From Haliotis cracherodii (lineage: Eukaryota), in assembly GCF_022045235.1 (NCBI RefSeq), contig NW_027266330.1:496001-560000 (forward strand): a stretch of 64,000 bases of DNA. The letters are read 5' to 3'. The notes under the pieces are model-generated. The model was not told where the DNA came from, made no database searches, and was given only the letters and a program-made list of their open reading frames with translations. The position numbers and the translations under genes were made by a program. Shown here in pieces: positions 26,117-38,614 of this stretch. Every line of letters begins with the position of its first letter. Positions within the stretch are counted from its first letter, which is position 1.

Positions 26117-29100
26117 TCATGGGGAACAAGGAGATCATGGGGGACAAGGAGATCATGGGTGACAAGGAGATCAAGGGGTACAAGGAGATCATGGGTGACA
26201 AGGAGATCATGGGTGACAAGGAGATCATGGGGTACAAGGAGATCATGGGGCACAAGGAGATCATGGGTGACATGGTGATCATGGGTGACAAGGAGATCAT
26301 GGGGGACAAAGTGATCATGGGCGAAAAGGAAATCATGAGTGACAAGGAGAACATGGGGGCCAGGGAGATCATGGGCGACAAGGAAATCATGAGTGACAAG
26401 GAGAACATGGGTGACAAGAAGATCATGGGTGACAAGGAGAACATGGGTGACAAAGAGATCATGGGCGACAAGGAAATCATGAGTGACAAGGAGAACATGG
26501 GTGACAAGAAGATCATGGGGGACAAGGAGATCATGGGGAACAAGGAGAACATGGGTGACAAGAAGATCATGGGGGACAAGGAGATCATGGGTGACAAGGA
26601 GAACATGGGTGACAAGAAGATCATGGGTGACAAGGAGAACATGGGTGACAAGGAGATCATGGGGGACAAGGAGAACATGAGTGACAAGGAGAACATGGGT
26701 GACAAGGAGAACATGGGTGACAAGAAGATCATGGGTGACAAGGAGAACATGGGTGACAAGGAGATCATGAGTGACAAGGAGAACATGGGGGACAAGGAGA
26801 ACATGGGTGACAAGAAGATCATGGGTGACAAGGAGATCATGGGGGACAAGGAGAACATGGGTGACAAGGAGATCATGAGTGACAAGGAGAACATGGGGAA
26901 CAAGGAGAACATGGGTGACAAGGAGATCATGGGTGACAAGGAGAACATGGGTGACAAGGAGATCATGGGGGACAAGGAGAACATGAGTGACAAGGAGAAC
27001 ATGGGTGACAAGGAGAACATGGGTGACAAGAAGATCATGGGTGACAAGGAGAACATGGGTGACAAGGAGATCATGAGTGACAAGGAGAACATGGGGGACA
27101 AGGAGAACATGGGTGACAAGAAGATCATGGGTGACAAGGAGATCATGGGGGACAAGGAGAACATGGGTGACAAGGAGATCATGAGTGACAAGGAGAACAT
27201 GGGGAACAAGGAGAACATGGGTGACAAGAAGATCATGGGTGACAAGGAGATCATGGGTGACAAGGAGAACATGGGTGACAAGGAGATCATGGGTGACAAG
27301 GAGAACATGGGTGACAAGGAGATCATGAGTGACAAGGAGAACATGGGGGACAAGGAGAACATGGGTGACAAGAAGATCATGGGTGACAAGGAGATCATGA
27401 GTGACAAGGAGAACATGGGGAACAAGGAGAACATGGGTGACAAGAAGATCATGGGTGACAAGGAGATCATGGGTGACAAGGAGAACATGGGTGACAAGGA
27501 GATCATGGGTGACAAGGAGAACATGGGTGACAAGGAGATCATGAGTGACAAGGAGAACATGGGTGACAAGGAGAACTTGGGTGACAAGAAGATCATGGGT
27601 GACAAGGAGAACATGGGTGACAAGGAGAACATGGGTGACAAGGAGATCATGGGTGACAAGGAGAACATGGGTGACAAGGAGATCATGGGTGACAAGGAGA
27701 ACTTGGGTGACAAGAAGATCATGGGTGACAAGGAGATCATGGGTGACAAGGAGAACATGGGTGACAAGGAGATCATGGGTGACAAGGAGAACATGGGTGA
27801 CAAGGAGATCATGAGTGACAAGGAGAACATGGGTGACAAGGAGAACTTGGGTGACAAGGAGATCATGAGTGACAAGGAGAACATGGGGAACAAGGAGAAC
27901 ATGGGTGACAAGGAGAACATGGGGAACAAGGAGAACATGGGTGACAAGAAGATCATGGGTGACAAGGAGATCATGGGTGACAAGGAAATCATGAGTGACA
28001 AGGAGAACATGGGTGACAAGAAGATCATGGGGGACAAGGAGATCATGGGGAACAAGGAGAACATGGGTGACAAGAGATCATGGGGGACAAGGAGAACATG
28101 GGTGACAAGGAGAACATGGGTGACAAGAAGATCATGGGGGACAAGGAGAACATGGGTGACAAGAAGATCATGGGGGACAAGGAGAACATGGGTGACAAGG
28201 AGAACATGGGTGACAAGGAGATCATGGGCGACAAGGAAATCATGAGTGACAAGGAGAACATGGGTGACAAGAAGATCATGGGGGACAAGGAGATCATGGG
28301 GAACAAGGAGAACATGGGTGACAAGAAGATCATGGGGGACATGGAGATCATGGGGAACAAGGAGAACATGGGTGACAAGGAGAACATGGGTGACAAAGAG
28401 ATCATGGGTGACAAGGAGATCATGGGGGACAAGGAGATCATGGGGGCCAGGGAGATCATGGGGGACAAGGAGAACATGGGTGACAAGGAGATCATGGGGA
28501 ACAAGGAGAACATGGGGGACAAGGAGATCATGGGGGCCAGGGAGATCATGGGGGACAAGGAGATCATGGGTGACAAGGAGATCATGGGGGCCAGGGAGAT
28601 CATGGGGGACAAGAAGATCATGGGTGACAAGGAGATCATGGGGAACAAGGAGAACATGGGTGACAAGAAGATCATGGGTGACAAAGAGATCATGGGTGAC
28701 AAGGAGATCATGGGGGACAAGGAGAACATGGGTGAAAGAAGATCATGGGGGACATGGAGATCATGAGTGACAAGGAGAACATGGGGGCCAGGGAGATCAT
28801 GGGGGACAAGGAGAACATGGATGACAAGAAGATCATGGATGACAGGGAGATCATAGGCGACAAGGAGAACATGGGTGACAAGGAGAACATGGGGGACAAG
28901 GAGATCATGGGGAACAAGGAGAATATGGGTGACAAGAAGATCATGGGGGACATGGAGATCATGGGGAACAAGGAGAACATGGGTGACAAGGAGAACATTG
29001 GTGACAAAGAGAACATGGGTGACAAGGAGATAATGGGGGACAAGGAGATCATGGGGGCCAGGGAAATCATGGGGGACAAGGAGAACATGGGTGACAAGGA

Positions 29101-30248
29101 GATCATGGGTGACAAGGAGATCATGGGGAACAAGGAGAACATGGGTGACAAGAAGATCATGGGTGACAAAGAAATCATGGGTGACAAGGAGATCATGGGG
29201 GACAAGGAGAACATGGGTGAAAGAAGATCATGGGGGACATGGAGATCATGAGTGACAAGGAGAACATGGGGGCCAGGGAGATCATGGGGGACAAGGAGAA
29301 CATGGATGACAAGAAGATCATGGGTGACAGGGAGATCATAGGCGACAAGGAGAACATGGGTGACAAGGAGATCATGGGTGACAAGGAGATCATGGGTGAC
29401 AGGGACATCATGGGGTGCAAGGAGATCATGAGTGACAAGGAGAACATAGGGGCCAGGGAGATCAGGGGGGACAAGGAGAACATGGGTGACAAGGAGATGA
29501 TGGGTGACAAGGAGATCATGGGTGCACGTGACAAGGAGATCATGGGTGACAAGAAGATCATGGGGGACAAGGAGATCATAGGTGACAAGGAGATCATGGG
29601 TGACAAGGAGATCATGGGAGACAAGGAGATCATGGGTGACAAGGAGAACATGGGGGCCAGGGAGATCATAGGTGACAAGGAGATCATAGGTGACAAGGAG
29701 ATCATAGGGGACAGGGAGATCATGGGGGACAAGGAGATCATAGGTGACAAGGAGATCATGGGGGACATGGTGATCATGGGGGACAAGGAAAACATTGGTG
29801 ACAAGGAGATCATGGGTGACAAGGAGATCATGGGGGACAAGGAGATCATGGGTGACAAGATCATAGAGGACAAGGAGAACATGGGGGCCATGGAGATCAT
29901 GGGTGACAAGGAGATCATGGGAGACAAAGAGATCATGGGTGACAAGGAGACCATGGGTGACAAGGAGATCATGGGGGACAGGGAGAACATGGGGGCCAGG
30001 GAGATCATAGGTGACAAGGAGATCATGGGTGACAAGGAGATTATGGGAGACAAATTGATCATGGGTGACAAGGAGAACATGGGGGCCAGGGAGATCATAG
30101 GTGACAAGGAGATCATAGGGGACAGGGAGATCATGGGGGACAAGGAGATCATAGGGGACAAGGAGATCATGGGGGACAAGGAGATCATAGGGGACAAGGA
30201 GATCATGGGTGACAAGGAGATCATGGGTGACAAGGAGAACATGGGGAC
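26117..30248. repeat. 18-bp minisatellite, about 230 copies
   Basis: Unit ATGGGTGACAAGGAGATC and variants; stop-free in one frame on each strand; several 1-bp deletions. Confidence 0.98.
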
Positions 30249-30301
30249 GACTTCCCAGGTGAAAACAAGGCATTTTATCGGAAAAAAATGTATGCTTTAG
30301 C

Positions 30302-31933
30302 CCGGTGTAAGGTGCCAAAATCTACCCCCTTTCAGAGTATACCCGCGTAGGTTCTGGGAGCTCCCAGAATCTACCCAGGGGTAGATTTTGGGGACTTTCC
30401 AGAATCTACCCCCCTTTCCCAGAATCTACCCCCAGGGGGTATAATCTGGGAGTTCCCAGAATCTACCCCGGGGTATAATCTGGGAGCTCCTCCCAGAATC
30501 TACCCTGGGTTATAACTATAATCTAGGAGTTTCAAGAATCTACTGCAGCCCTATTTGATTTAAACATTTTTATTTCATGAATTTACTTGAAGTTTTCTTT
30601 ATGGGGATGCAACTAACTCAGTCTTGATCTCTCCTGGTCAATTGCTGTAACGACATTGTCATCAAATGCCTATTCAGTACACATCTAATTAGTTTTAAAA
30701 CATTCATATCGCAGAATCTAACCCCCTTTCCCAGAATCTAACCCCAGGGGATATATTCTTGTGCTCCCACCTTTGTCTTCTCAATATAGATTAACAGGAA
30801 GTGCATGTTTTAAAACTAATTAGATGTGTACTGAATATGCATTTATGTAAACTTAATAAGATGCTAATGTTGTTACAGCAATTGACCAGGAGAGATCAAG
30901 ACTGCCCTCCAGTATCAAGAATCCAAAAACCACAAAAAAAATCCTAATACTTACCGACTCCCTAAGGGGACTGCAAGCCCTCCAAAACAAAAATACCAAA
31001 AACAGACCAAAATTAATAAATCAAATACTTAAAAGCTCCAACGACCTAACTAATGCAGGCAAACAAATAACCTTCTTGTGGATACCCGCCCACGTAGGAA
31101 TATACGGTAATGAAAATGCCGATATAGGCACTTAAACTATCCCTCAAAATCCAAGAAATAAACTTAAACTTACCCATCTCAAAATCAGATATTAAAAGTG
31201 TAAACAAGCAAAAAAACACCAAACAATGGCATAACCTATATCTAAACTCAAATAGCCAAATCAAAAAAGTACTCAGCAAACCACTAACCAAACCAAAAAT
31301 TCTCCATGCATAAAAAAGATAGACAGAGTAATCACTAAACTCCAAACAGGACACACCAACCTAAATAACCACCTAAAAAAAATTAAAAAAACACACTACA
31401 GGTAACTGCCCACACTGCAAACAACTAGAAACCCCAGAACACGCACTCATCCACTGCACACACTACCTAACACATCGAACCGCATTACAAACCACCCTCA
31501 ATCTAAACAAGGCTCTCACTCTAGAAGCAATACTAAACCCACAAAATAAACTAGAAAACTCCAAGGCCTTAGGCGTATTCCTAATCAAAACGGAACTAAT
31601 AAAACGCATCTAAAAACAAAATAATCTACCAAATCAAAATCACATAAACAAACAAACATCCACCATACCCAGCTCCCTTAGTTCTCCTCCCCAACCCCAT
31701 CGGCATCTATTCCAAATCTCAAAATTCCCAAATTCTGTATAAGCAACCCCTAAAGCCCCCTCTTGGGTTGCACACACCACTTTCGCCCCTTTCGGAAACA
31801 CATTAAATGGCCTGGCCGGTTATAACCAGGGGTAGATTCTGGGAGCTCCCAGGTTATACCCCGGGATAGATTCTGGGAACTCCCAGAGTATACCCCCGGG
31901 GGTAGATTTATATACTTTCAGACTTTACACCGG
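30302..31933. mobile_element. Putative non-autonomous TIR element with subterminal AGAATCTACCCC repeats, containing a palindrome and a LINE fragment
   Basis: Ends CCGGTGTAA / TTACACCGG; subterminal AATCTACCCC / GGGGTAGATT motifs mirrored at both ends. No clear TSD. Confidence 0.6.
30905..31613 (+). mobile_element. 5'-truncated A/C-rich I-group LINE fragment (RNase H + CCHC)
   Basis: ILTDSLRGLQAL, LWIPAHVGIYGNENAD, ITKLQTGHTNLN, CPHCKQLETPEHALIHC; contains stops and frameshifts. Confidence 0.8.
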
Positions 31934-32459
31934 CACAAAAAGTACATTTAGACTCAAATATCTTTGGTTTTGCAGAAACTCAAAACGAAATCTCTGCCTC
32001 GCCAACGATATCGTCCAAGTTGAACCTTATGGATAATGATCACTTATATTCATCGCTCTTCACGTTTTCATATCTCACAAGGTTATTGTTCCCATGTGTG
32101 CGAATGTAAAATAGTTGCAGTCATTAGTGATGTCTTTATTATGTCAATATGTCTGCTTTATCTCCATTTGATAGTGATTCATAAGCACGTTCTTATGATA
32201 CAGTCGGATTCCATCAATGAAATACACTTATATCTATCTCATACATGATAATCTTACATTAAAAGTGTTATGATTACAAAGTATGCATCATACCAAAACT
32301 TAATGGAAACGTAGTTTTATAACATAATTAGTATTGCAGCCATACAGTCTATTAAGTATTAAAGCTGTCAGAGTAAGCAAATTTTATATCACAGTAATAC
32401 TCAGTTTCAAGCAGCCGGTGCCGTCAGGTGGTAGAGTGACACATCAAAAGTAAAAGCTA

Positions 32460-33152
32460 TTTCCCCTGACAGTCTGAGCAAGCAAGACCTCCACAGATTG
32501 ACCTGTAGCCCCTCCTGTGTGCTACCATTGCTGCTGTTTCCCCTGACAGTCTGGCCAAGCAAGACCTCCACAGATTGACATGTATCCCCTCCTGTGTGCT
32601 ACCATTGCTGCTGTTTCCCCTGACAGTCTGAGCAAGCAAGACCTCCACAGATTGACATGTATCCCCTCCTGTGTGCTACCATTGCTGCTGTTTCCCCTGA
32701 CAGTCTGAGCAAGCAAGACCTCCACAGATTGACCTGTAGCCCCTCCTGTGTGCTACCATTGCTGCTGTTTCCCCTGACAGTCTGGCCAAGCAAGACCTCC
32801 ACAGATTGACCTGTAGCCCCTCCTGTGTGCTACCATTGCTGCTGTTTCCCCTGACAGTCTGGCCAAGCAAGACCTCCACAGATTGACATGTATCCCCTCC
32901 TGTGTGCTACCATTGCTGCTGTTTCCCCTGACAGTCTGAGCAAGCAAGACCTCCACAGATTGACCTGTAGCCCCTCCTGTGGGCTACCATTGCTGCTGTT
33001 TCCCCTGACAGTCTGGGCAAGCAAGACCTCCACAGATTGACCTGTAGCTCCTCCTGTGTGCTACCATTGCTGCTGTTTCCCCTGACAGTCTGGCCAAGCA
33101 AGACCTCCACAGATTGACATGAAGCCCCTCCTGTGTGCTACCATTGCTGCTG
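32460..33152. repeat. 77-bp minisatellite, about 9 copies, at the 3' end of the ankyrin pseudogene
   Basis: Period 77; unit includes the final ankyrin segment AAMVAHRRG. Confidence 0.95.
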
Positions 33153-34950
33153 TGGAACCATCATTGTTTCTGGCATTGATGTCGACGAAGTTTCTTTTGA
33201 GGACATACTTGACCGTGTCCTCATGTGCTCCTGCACAGGCAAGGTGGAGGACATTGTCACTCTTACCATCCACAGCTGTCTTATAAGCTCCTTTGTCAGC
33301 CAGAAACTTCACAGCCTGTCTATGCCCTTGTGTTGCAATCAACAGTGGTGTTCTCCCTTTGTGACCCTGAACTCTGATATCACCAGGCTTAAGTGAAAGG
33401 ACGTACTTCATCATCTCGATTTGCCCTCCAGGACAGGACGTACTTCACTATCTCGACATGCCCTCCAGGACAGGACGCACGAAGGACAGCGTTACCATGC
33501 CCATCCACCAGTGACAGATCAGCTCGTTCACTGACAAGTAGCTTCAACACTTCTATATGCCCTCTCTTGTGTATGACCATGCCATGCTGCCGCCATCACG
33601 GGTGTTCTGTTGTGTTCTCCTCTAATGTTAATATCAACACCAGAAGATGAGAGGAGATACCTGACTACATCCACATGTCCACCAAGACAAGCCACATGGA
33701 GGCTGTTGTTACCACCATCATCAACCTGTGTCATGTCAGCTTCTGAATTCACAAGGAGCTCCACCACTTCTCTGTGTCCCTTCTCTGCTGCCCTCACCAC
33801 CGGTGTCCTGCTCCACCTTCCTCTACTGTTGACGTCCAACAGGTTCAGAGACAGCACACACTTCACCGTTTCCACATCTCCTCCTATACAGGCGAAGTGA
33901 AGGATGTTGTTACCGTCCCCGTCCACCAGTGACACATCAGCCCCTTCACTCACAAGGAGATCCACCACGTCTCTGTGTCCCTTCTCTGCTGCCATCATCA
34001 CCGGTGTCCTGCTCCACCTTCCTCTACTGTTGACGTCCACCACGTCTCTATGTCCCTTCTCTGCTGCCCTCATCACCGGTGTCCTGCTCCACCTTCCTCT
34101 ACTGTTGACGTCCACCACGTCTCTGTGTCCCTTCTCTGCTGCCATCATCACCGGTGTCCTGCTCCACCTTCCTCTACTGTTGACGTCCACCACGTCTCTG
34201 TGTCCCTTCTCTGCTGCCATCATCACCGGTGTCCTGCTCCACCTTCCTCTACTGTTGACGTCCACCACGTCTCTGTGTCCCTTCTCTGCTGCCATCATCA
34301 CCGGTGTCCTGCTCCACCTTCCTCTACTGTTGACGTCCACCACGTCTCTGTGTCCCTTCTCTGCTGCCATCATCACCGGTGTCCTGCTCCACCTTCCTCT
34401 ACTGTTGACGTCCACCACGTCTCTGTGTCCCTTCTCTGCTGCCATCATCACCGGTGTCCTGCTCCACCTTCCTCTACTGTTGACGTCCACCACGTCTCTG
34501 TGTCCCTTCTCTGCTGCCATCATCACCGGTGTCCTGCTCCACCTTCCTCTACTGTTGACGTCCACCACGTCTCTGTGTCCCTTCTCTGCTGCCATCATCA
34601 CCGGTGTCCTGCTCCACCTTCCTCTACTGTTGACGTCCACCACGTCTCTGTGTCCCTTCTCTGCTGCCATCATCACCGGTGTCCTGCTCCACCTTCCTCT
34701 ACTGTTGACGTCCACCACGTCTCTGTGTCCCTTCTCTGCTGCCATCATCACCGGTGTCCTGCCGCCCCTACCACGACTGTTTATGTTTACAATGGACAGC
34801 GAGAGAACATACCTGATAGTTTCTAGATGTCCCCCACTACAGGCCACATGGAGGACGTTGTCATTGCTTTCATCAACTACCGACAAGTCAGCTCCTCTAC
34901 GTTTAAGTAACTTCATCACTCTGCTGCGATCATCACCGGTGTCTTCCCAC
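33061..34950 (-). pseudogene. Decayed ankyrin-repeat exon, paralogous to the gene C ANK exon
   Basis: Alternating RTPVMMAAEKGH / NNILHFACIGG repeats as in 48482-49377; frameshifts near 33580 and 33410; deletion near 34920; no upstream exon junction found. Confidence 0.85.
33961..34762 (-). repeat. In-frame 75-bp array (25 aa), about 10.7 copies
   Basis: DVNSRGRWSRTPVMMAAEKGHRDVV; TCCACCACGT recurs every 75 bp from 33961 to 34711. Confidence 0.97.
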
Positions 34951-35090
34951 CATCTCCCCTTCTGTCGATATTATATAAGGGAGTTTAGACGATTCGCATC
35001 TTTCCGTAATCTACAAGAAGGCTCGCCCCCTTTTCCCGTGGATGCAATGATTCGAAGCTGTGTAGAAGGCTCAACTCAATCCCCAGCTCA

Positions 35091-35223
35091 AATCACTCTA
35101 GCGGTTTGAGCCTAGACTCAGAGCACGCCACTTTGGCTCAGAGCACTCCACCTCGTGGGCCGAAATCACTCTAGCGGTTTGAGCCTAGACTCAGAGCACG
35201 CCACTTAGGCTCAGAGCACTCCA
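35091..35223. repeat. Direct repeat, two 60-bp copies with period 73
   Basis: AATCACTCTAGCGGTTTGAGCCTAGACTCAGAGCACGCCACTT(T/A)GGCTCAGAGCACTCCA at 35091 and 35164. Confidence 0.9.
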
Positions 35224-36999
35224 AGAAAATAGGTTATTCATTATTGTGTTGCCAAAGACCATGAGATGAGCGTTTGCCATAACTGCTGATGAAACACATG
35301 ACGATAATCAAATATTGATCACTTTCGTTTGTCCTAAAACTAGTTTAATGGATGCATTGCATGTTATTATCTGGTAAATATAATATATTTCCTGGTACAT
35401 AGATGAACAGGGAAAACTATAGACTGAACCGTATGAACATGAAAAGATCCACGAAGCAGAATAATATTCGAACATAATTCAGAATTGGGATTCGATATTT
35501 AACAAGGCGCCGTGGTAAAATGTTAATTTTGTCCTCAATTATATCTGCGTGTACCATTTTGTTATTAGATATGCAGCCAATATGTTTCCCGTCACAAACC
35601 CATTATGAAGAAGAACTATTTTGTATATGATCGCACCAGTGGTGTCTAAATGTTGGGCACACAATTCTGATCACACTTTAAACAGGGCTATCATATTAAA
35701 AATGTATTTTTACGCACAATGCTCAGAAATTACTGCATGCTCATGAAAATAGCTATGCAGCGATTGTGTGGTATGACTAACAGTAACACACGTTATATTG
35801 TGACAATGTTGCGATAATGTCTGTGTCAGGGATACTTGTTTTTGTCGGTCTTCACCTGTGCCAGTGTATAACCTTCCTGATCTAATCAAATATTCCAGGA
35901 ATATTACGGTGAGGTAAACAGACTTGTGGCTCTATTTCATAATGGAGACATTAGCAGTTGATGTAAGTGAAATACGCTGCACTATATTCCGTTAGTGTCA
36001 CATATTAACGTATTACTTTAACTTACCGTGGTTGACGATTAATGGGCACTGGTTAATGTGGATAAGTGGTATAACTTGTGCTGTATGGTATATCGCTAAG
36101 GTGTTCTGTTAATTAATACATATCATAGGTGCCAAGCAATGTGTCCTTTGTGATAAGATATCATGTACAACTTAAACCATTCTAAAATTTTAAAAACAAG
36201 TCTTCTGATTGTCTGTTCCAAAGTCGATTATATACAGGTGCCGTCTTATAGCTTGGATATCGCTGTTTAATGACATAATCCTGTATGAAAGGCGATAAAT
36301 TAAATATCAGCCATACTCGAAAGCAAAATGTCCAGAAATTGTGCCATGTGTTTAAGCATATCGCAATCGTGATAATTATCTATTAAACGTTCTGGGTGGA
36401 AGTACCGAGCATAAGACGACCACAATGATAAATGTGTGAGGCTTGATGGAGGTGTTGCAATGATTAAAAGGCGGAAAATAGTTACATACAAGTTTATGCT
36501 CCATCGCTAGAGGTGAAAGATGTTACTGAATCTTTGTTTGACATTTGTGCATGTAAATGTCTGTACTTGTAGAGGCACTTGGCTAATTGCGTGACACTCT
36601 GGCTCTTGATATTACAATATGTGGGTAGTACTTACTCGTATTTGTCTGGAGCAGTCCTAGTGGGTTAATGATCGTGTTGCTAGCTGAAATCATGATGCCG
36701 TCATAGATCAAATCAACGTCACACTCCTTTCACTAACGCCGCCCACACTCTACGTAGTTCTGTGTATCATGTATAAACACTATACAAGACACTGTTGTGG
36801 AAATATATCACGGCTTGAGACAGACCTAATGGCACACACAATGATGAGAAGACCTACGTCTTGACGCCATTGAACGAATGGCGCTCTCCAACGGTCATAC
36901 GTTTGCAGGGGGAGTGTGGCAGTGGCAGGTCACATATGAGGAGCGTTCTCAACATACGTCGTGGTCTTTACTGTTGAAAATGTTGTGTGTGTACAATAC

Positions 37000-37284
37000 T
37001 AGTGAGCGAGAGAGTGAGCTGGGTTTAACGCCGCTTTTAACAGTATGCCAGTTATATCACGGCGTGTCAGCTTAATGTGGGAGGAAAGCCCGAAGTGATG
37101 CAGGTCTCAGACGTTTACCACTTCGGTGAAACCCACGAGCACGGGTATGGAGCTAACAAACCTAGAAAGATAATTTGAGCGAACCGGAATTCGAACCCAC
37201 AATCATAGGTTTCTGGCGCGCCCAAGGGACGAAACTCTGCACAGTGAATTGCGGCGTATTAGACGACTCGGCCACCTGTGCCCC
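37000..37284 (-). mobile_element. tRNA(Leu-like)-derived SINE with LINE-type tail
   Basis: A box TGGCCGAGTCGTCTAA, B box GGTTCGAATTCC; 3' CGTGATATAACTGGCATACTGTTAAAAGCGGCGTTAAA + CTCACTC tail; second copy at 47214-47437. Confidence 0.75.
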
Positions 37285-37428
37285 CGATTTCTAATGGATG
37301 AATTCCAATAAAATTATCATTTTCTGTCTATTGTATTTTGCCTTTTTGCGTCCCATAACAAAAATTGGTGTTTCAATACTGGATTGAATGGGCATAAAGT
37401 CCCTCAATTGTGAGTTCCATGCTGTAAG

Positions 37429-38596
37429 TGTAACAGGGATTTATTTAGCTAAGTTATGTCGTGTACATAAATGTATAATTAATCATTTTAATCTTATTTC
37501 ACGTTTTAGGTATCCGGCAGACGACGATTGGTTTATATATATACAAGTTGAAATTAGTTGTCAGTCCGTCTGTCTCTTGCTTTTATGTTTACTGCACAAT
37601 TCTGTGTCACAGGGCTGGTCACATTTTGGTTATAAGGGTATTTGGGTTGGTCTATTTTCATGTCATTGTCTTTGGTGTTTTAACAATAGCCCAGGCCAAG
37701 CTTCTCACTTGATTGGTCCTGTTTTCAAATATACATGTCATCCGCCATGTTACTAACCAGTCACACTATCACTGAATGAGGATTGTACACCTGCTTGATT
37801 TTTTGCACAACTCAAAGGTTAGTTAGTATACATTTTAGTTGTTATATAAATTGTAAATTAAAGTCTAATATAAATCATATATAAAATAGGTATAAATATG
37901 TTCATGATCAACCTAGTGTAAGTATATATACAATCTACCATTTAACCTGTATGAATGTGCGTATGGTTTGTTTTCTATGTTTAATCTGGTCAATATGCTG
38001 GCTAGAAATTATTGTTTTGTAAATGTTTACTGTATGGTGTAACATTGATATATCATGAATCCTGTATTGTTGATAAAATTGTAGACTTTCATTGTGGTGG
38101 TCACTATTATGTATATATGTTTCACTTAGTATAATGGTAGCCCTTGATCAATGTATTATCCCTTATATAGGTTTACTATACGAGTTTGCTGTCGGGCTAC
38201 TTGGTGCGTGGACTCACTCCCGTGTCACCCACAGGGTAGGTTTCTTTGTACAGACTCTATGGTCTGTTTCATTATTAGGCCATGTTATATTTTATAGTCT
38301 TCATGTCAACAGATACTTTGTTCATCACATGTAAACATGTAATCATATAAAGTCATTTGTGTAATGTATTACTGTGTAATACCTGTATATGATGATATAT
38401 ATGCGCATTTATGTACTTAGTTCATAATGATGATAGGTTGACCACGTGTGATTTTAAATCACGTATATTGTTTATTTTTATTATTATTACAGAGTGCCTT
38501 CTTCCACTACGCTGGAATAAACCGATTGTACCTCACAACCCGTAGCCTGTGGTTTATGTAATAACCCCCTAACACCACTATATCATGGCTGCAACA
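37429..38596 (+). repeat. 5' LTR
   Basis: TGTAACA...GCAACA; only one difference from the 3' LTR noticed by eye (T38237 vs C46414). Confidence 0.97.
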
Positions 38597-38597
38597 A

Positions 38598-38614
38598 TGG
38601 AGCCCCCAGTGAGG
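38598..38614 (+). promoter_or_regulatory. Primer binding site (TGGAGCCCCCAGTGAGG; possibly tRNA-Thr)
   Basis: TGG start 1 nt after the 5' LTR, complementary to a tRNA CCA end; tRNA identity is a guess. Confidence 0.7.

Noticed and set aside
25942-30300. 767-aa and other MGDKEI ORFs as genes
   Set aside because: Products of a stop-free 18-bp unit; frameshifts are tolerated and duplicated, and no splice or domain context is visible.
30905-31613. G-to-A hypermutation explaining the A/C-rich LINE fragment
   Set aside because: TGG codons are retained (LWIP, KQWH) and T is also depleted, so the bias looks intrinsic to the family.
33904-35109. 401-aa and 283-aa plus-strand ORFs
   Set aside because: Antisense shadows of the ankyrin 75-bp array.
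37170-37284. Functional tRNA-Leu gene
   Set aside because: The cloverleaf is not intact, the A-B spacer is over-long, and it is attached to a SINE body present in two diverged copies.
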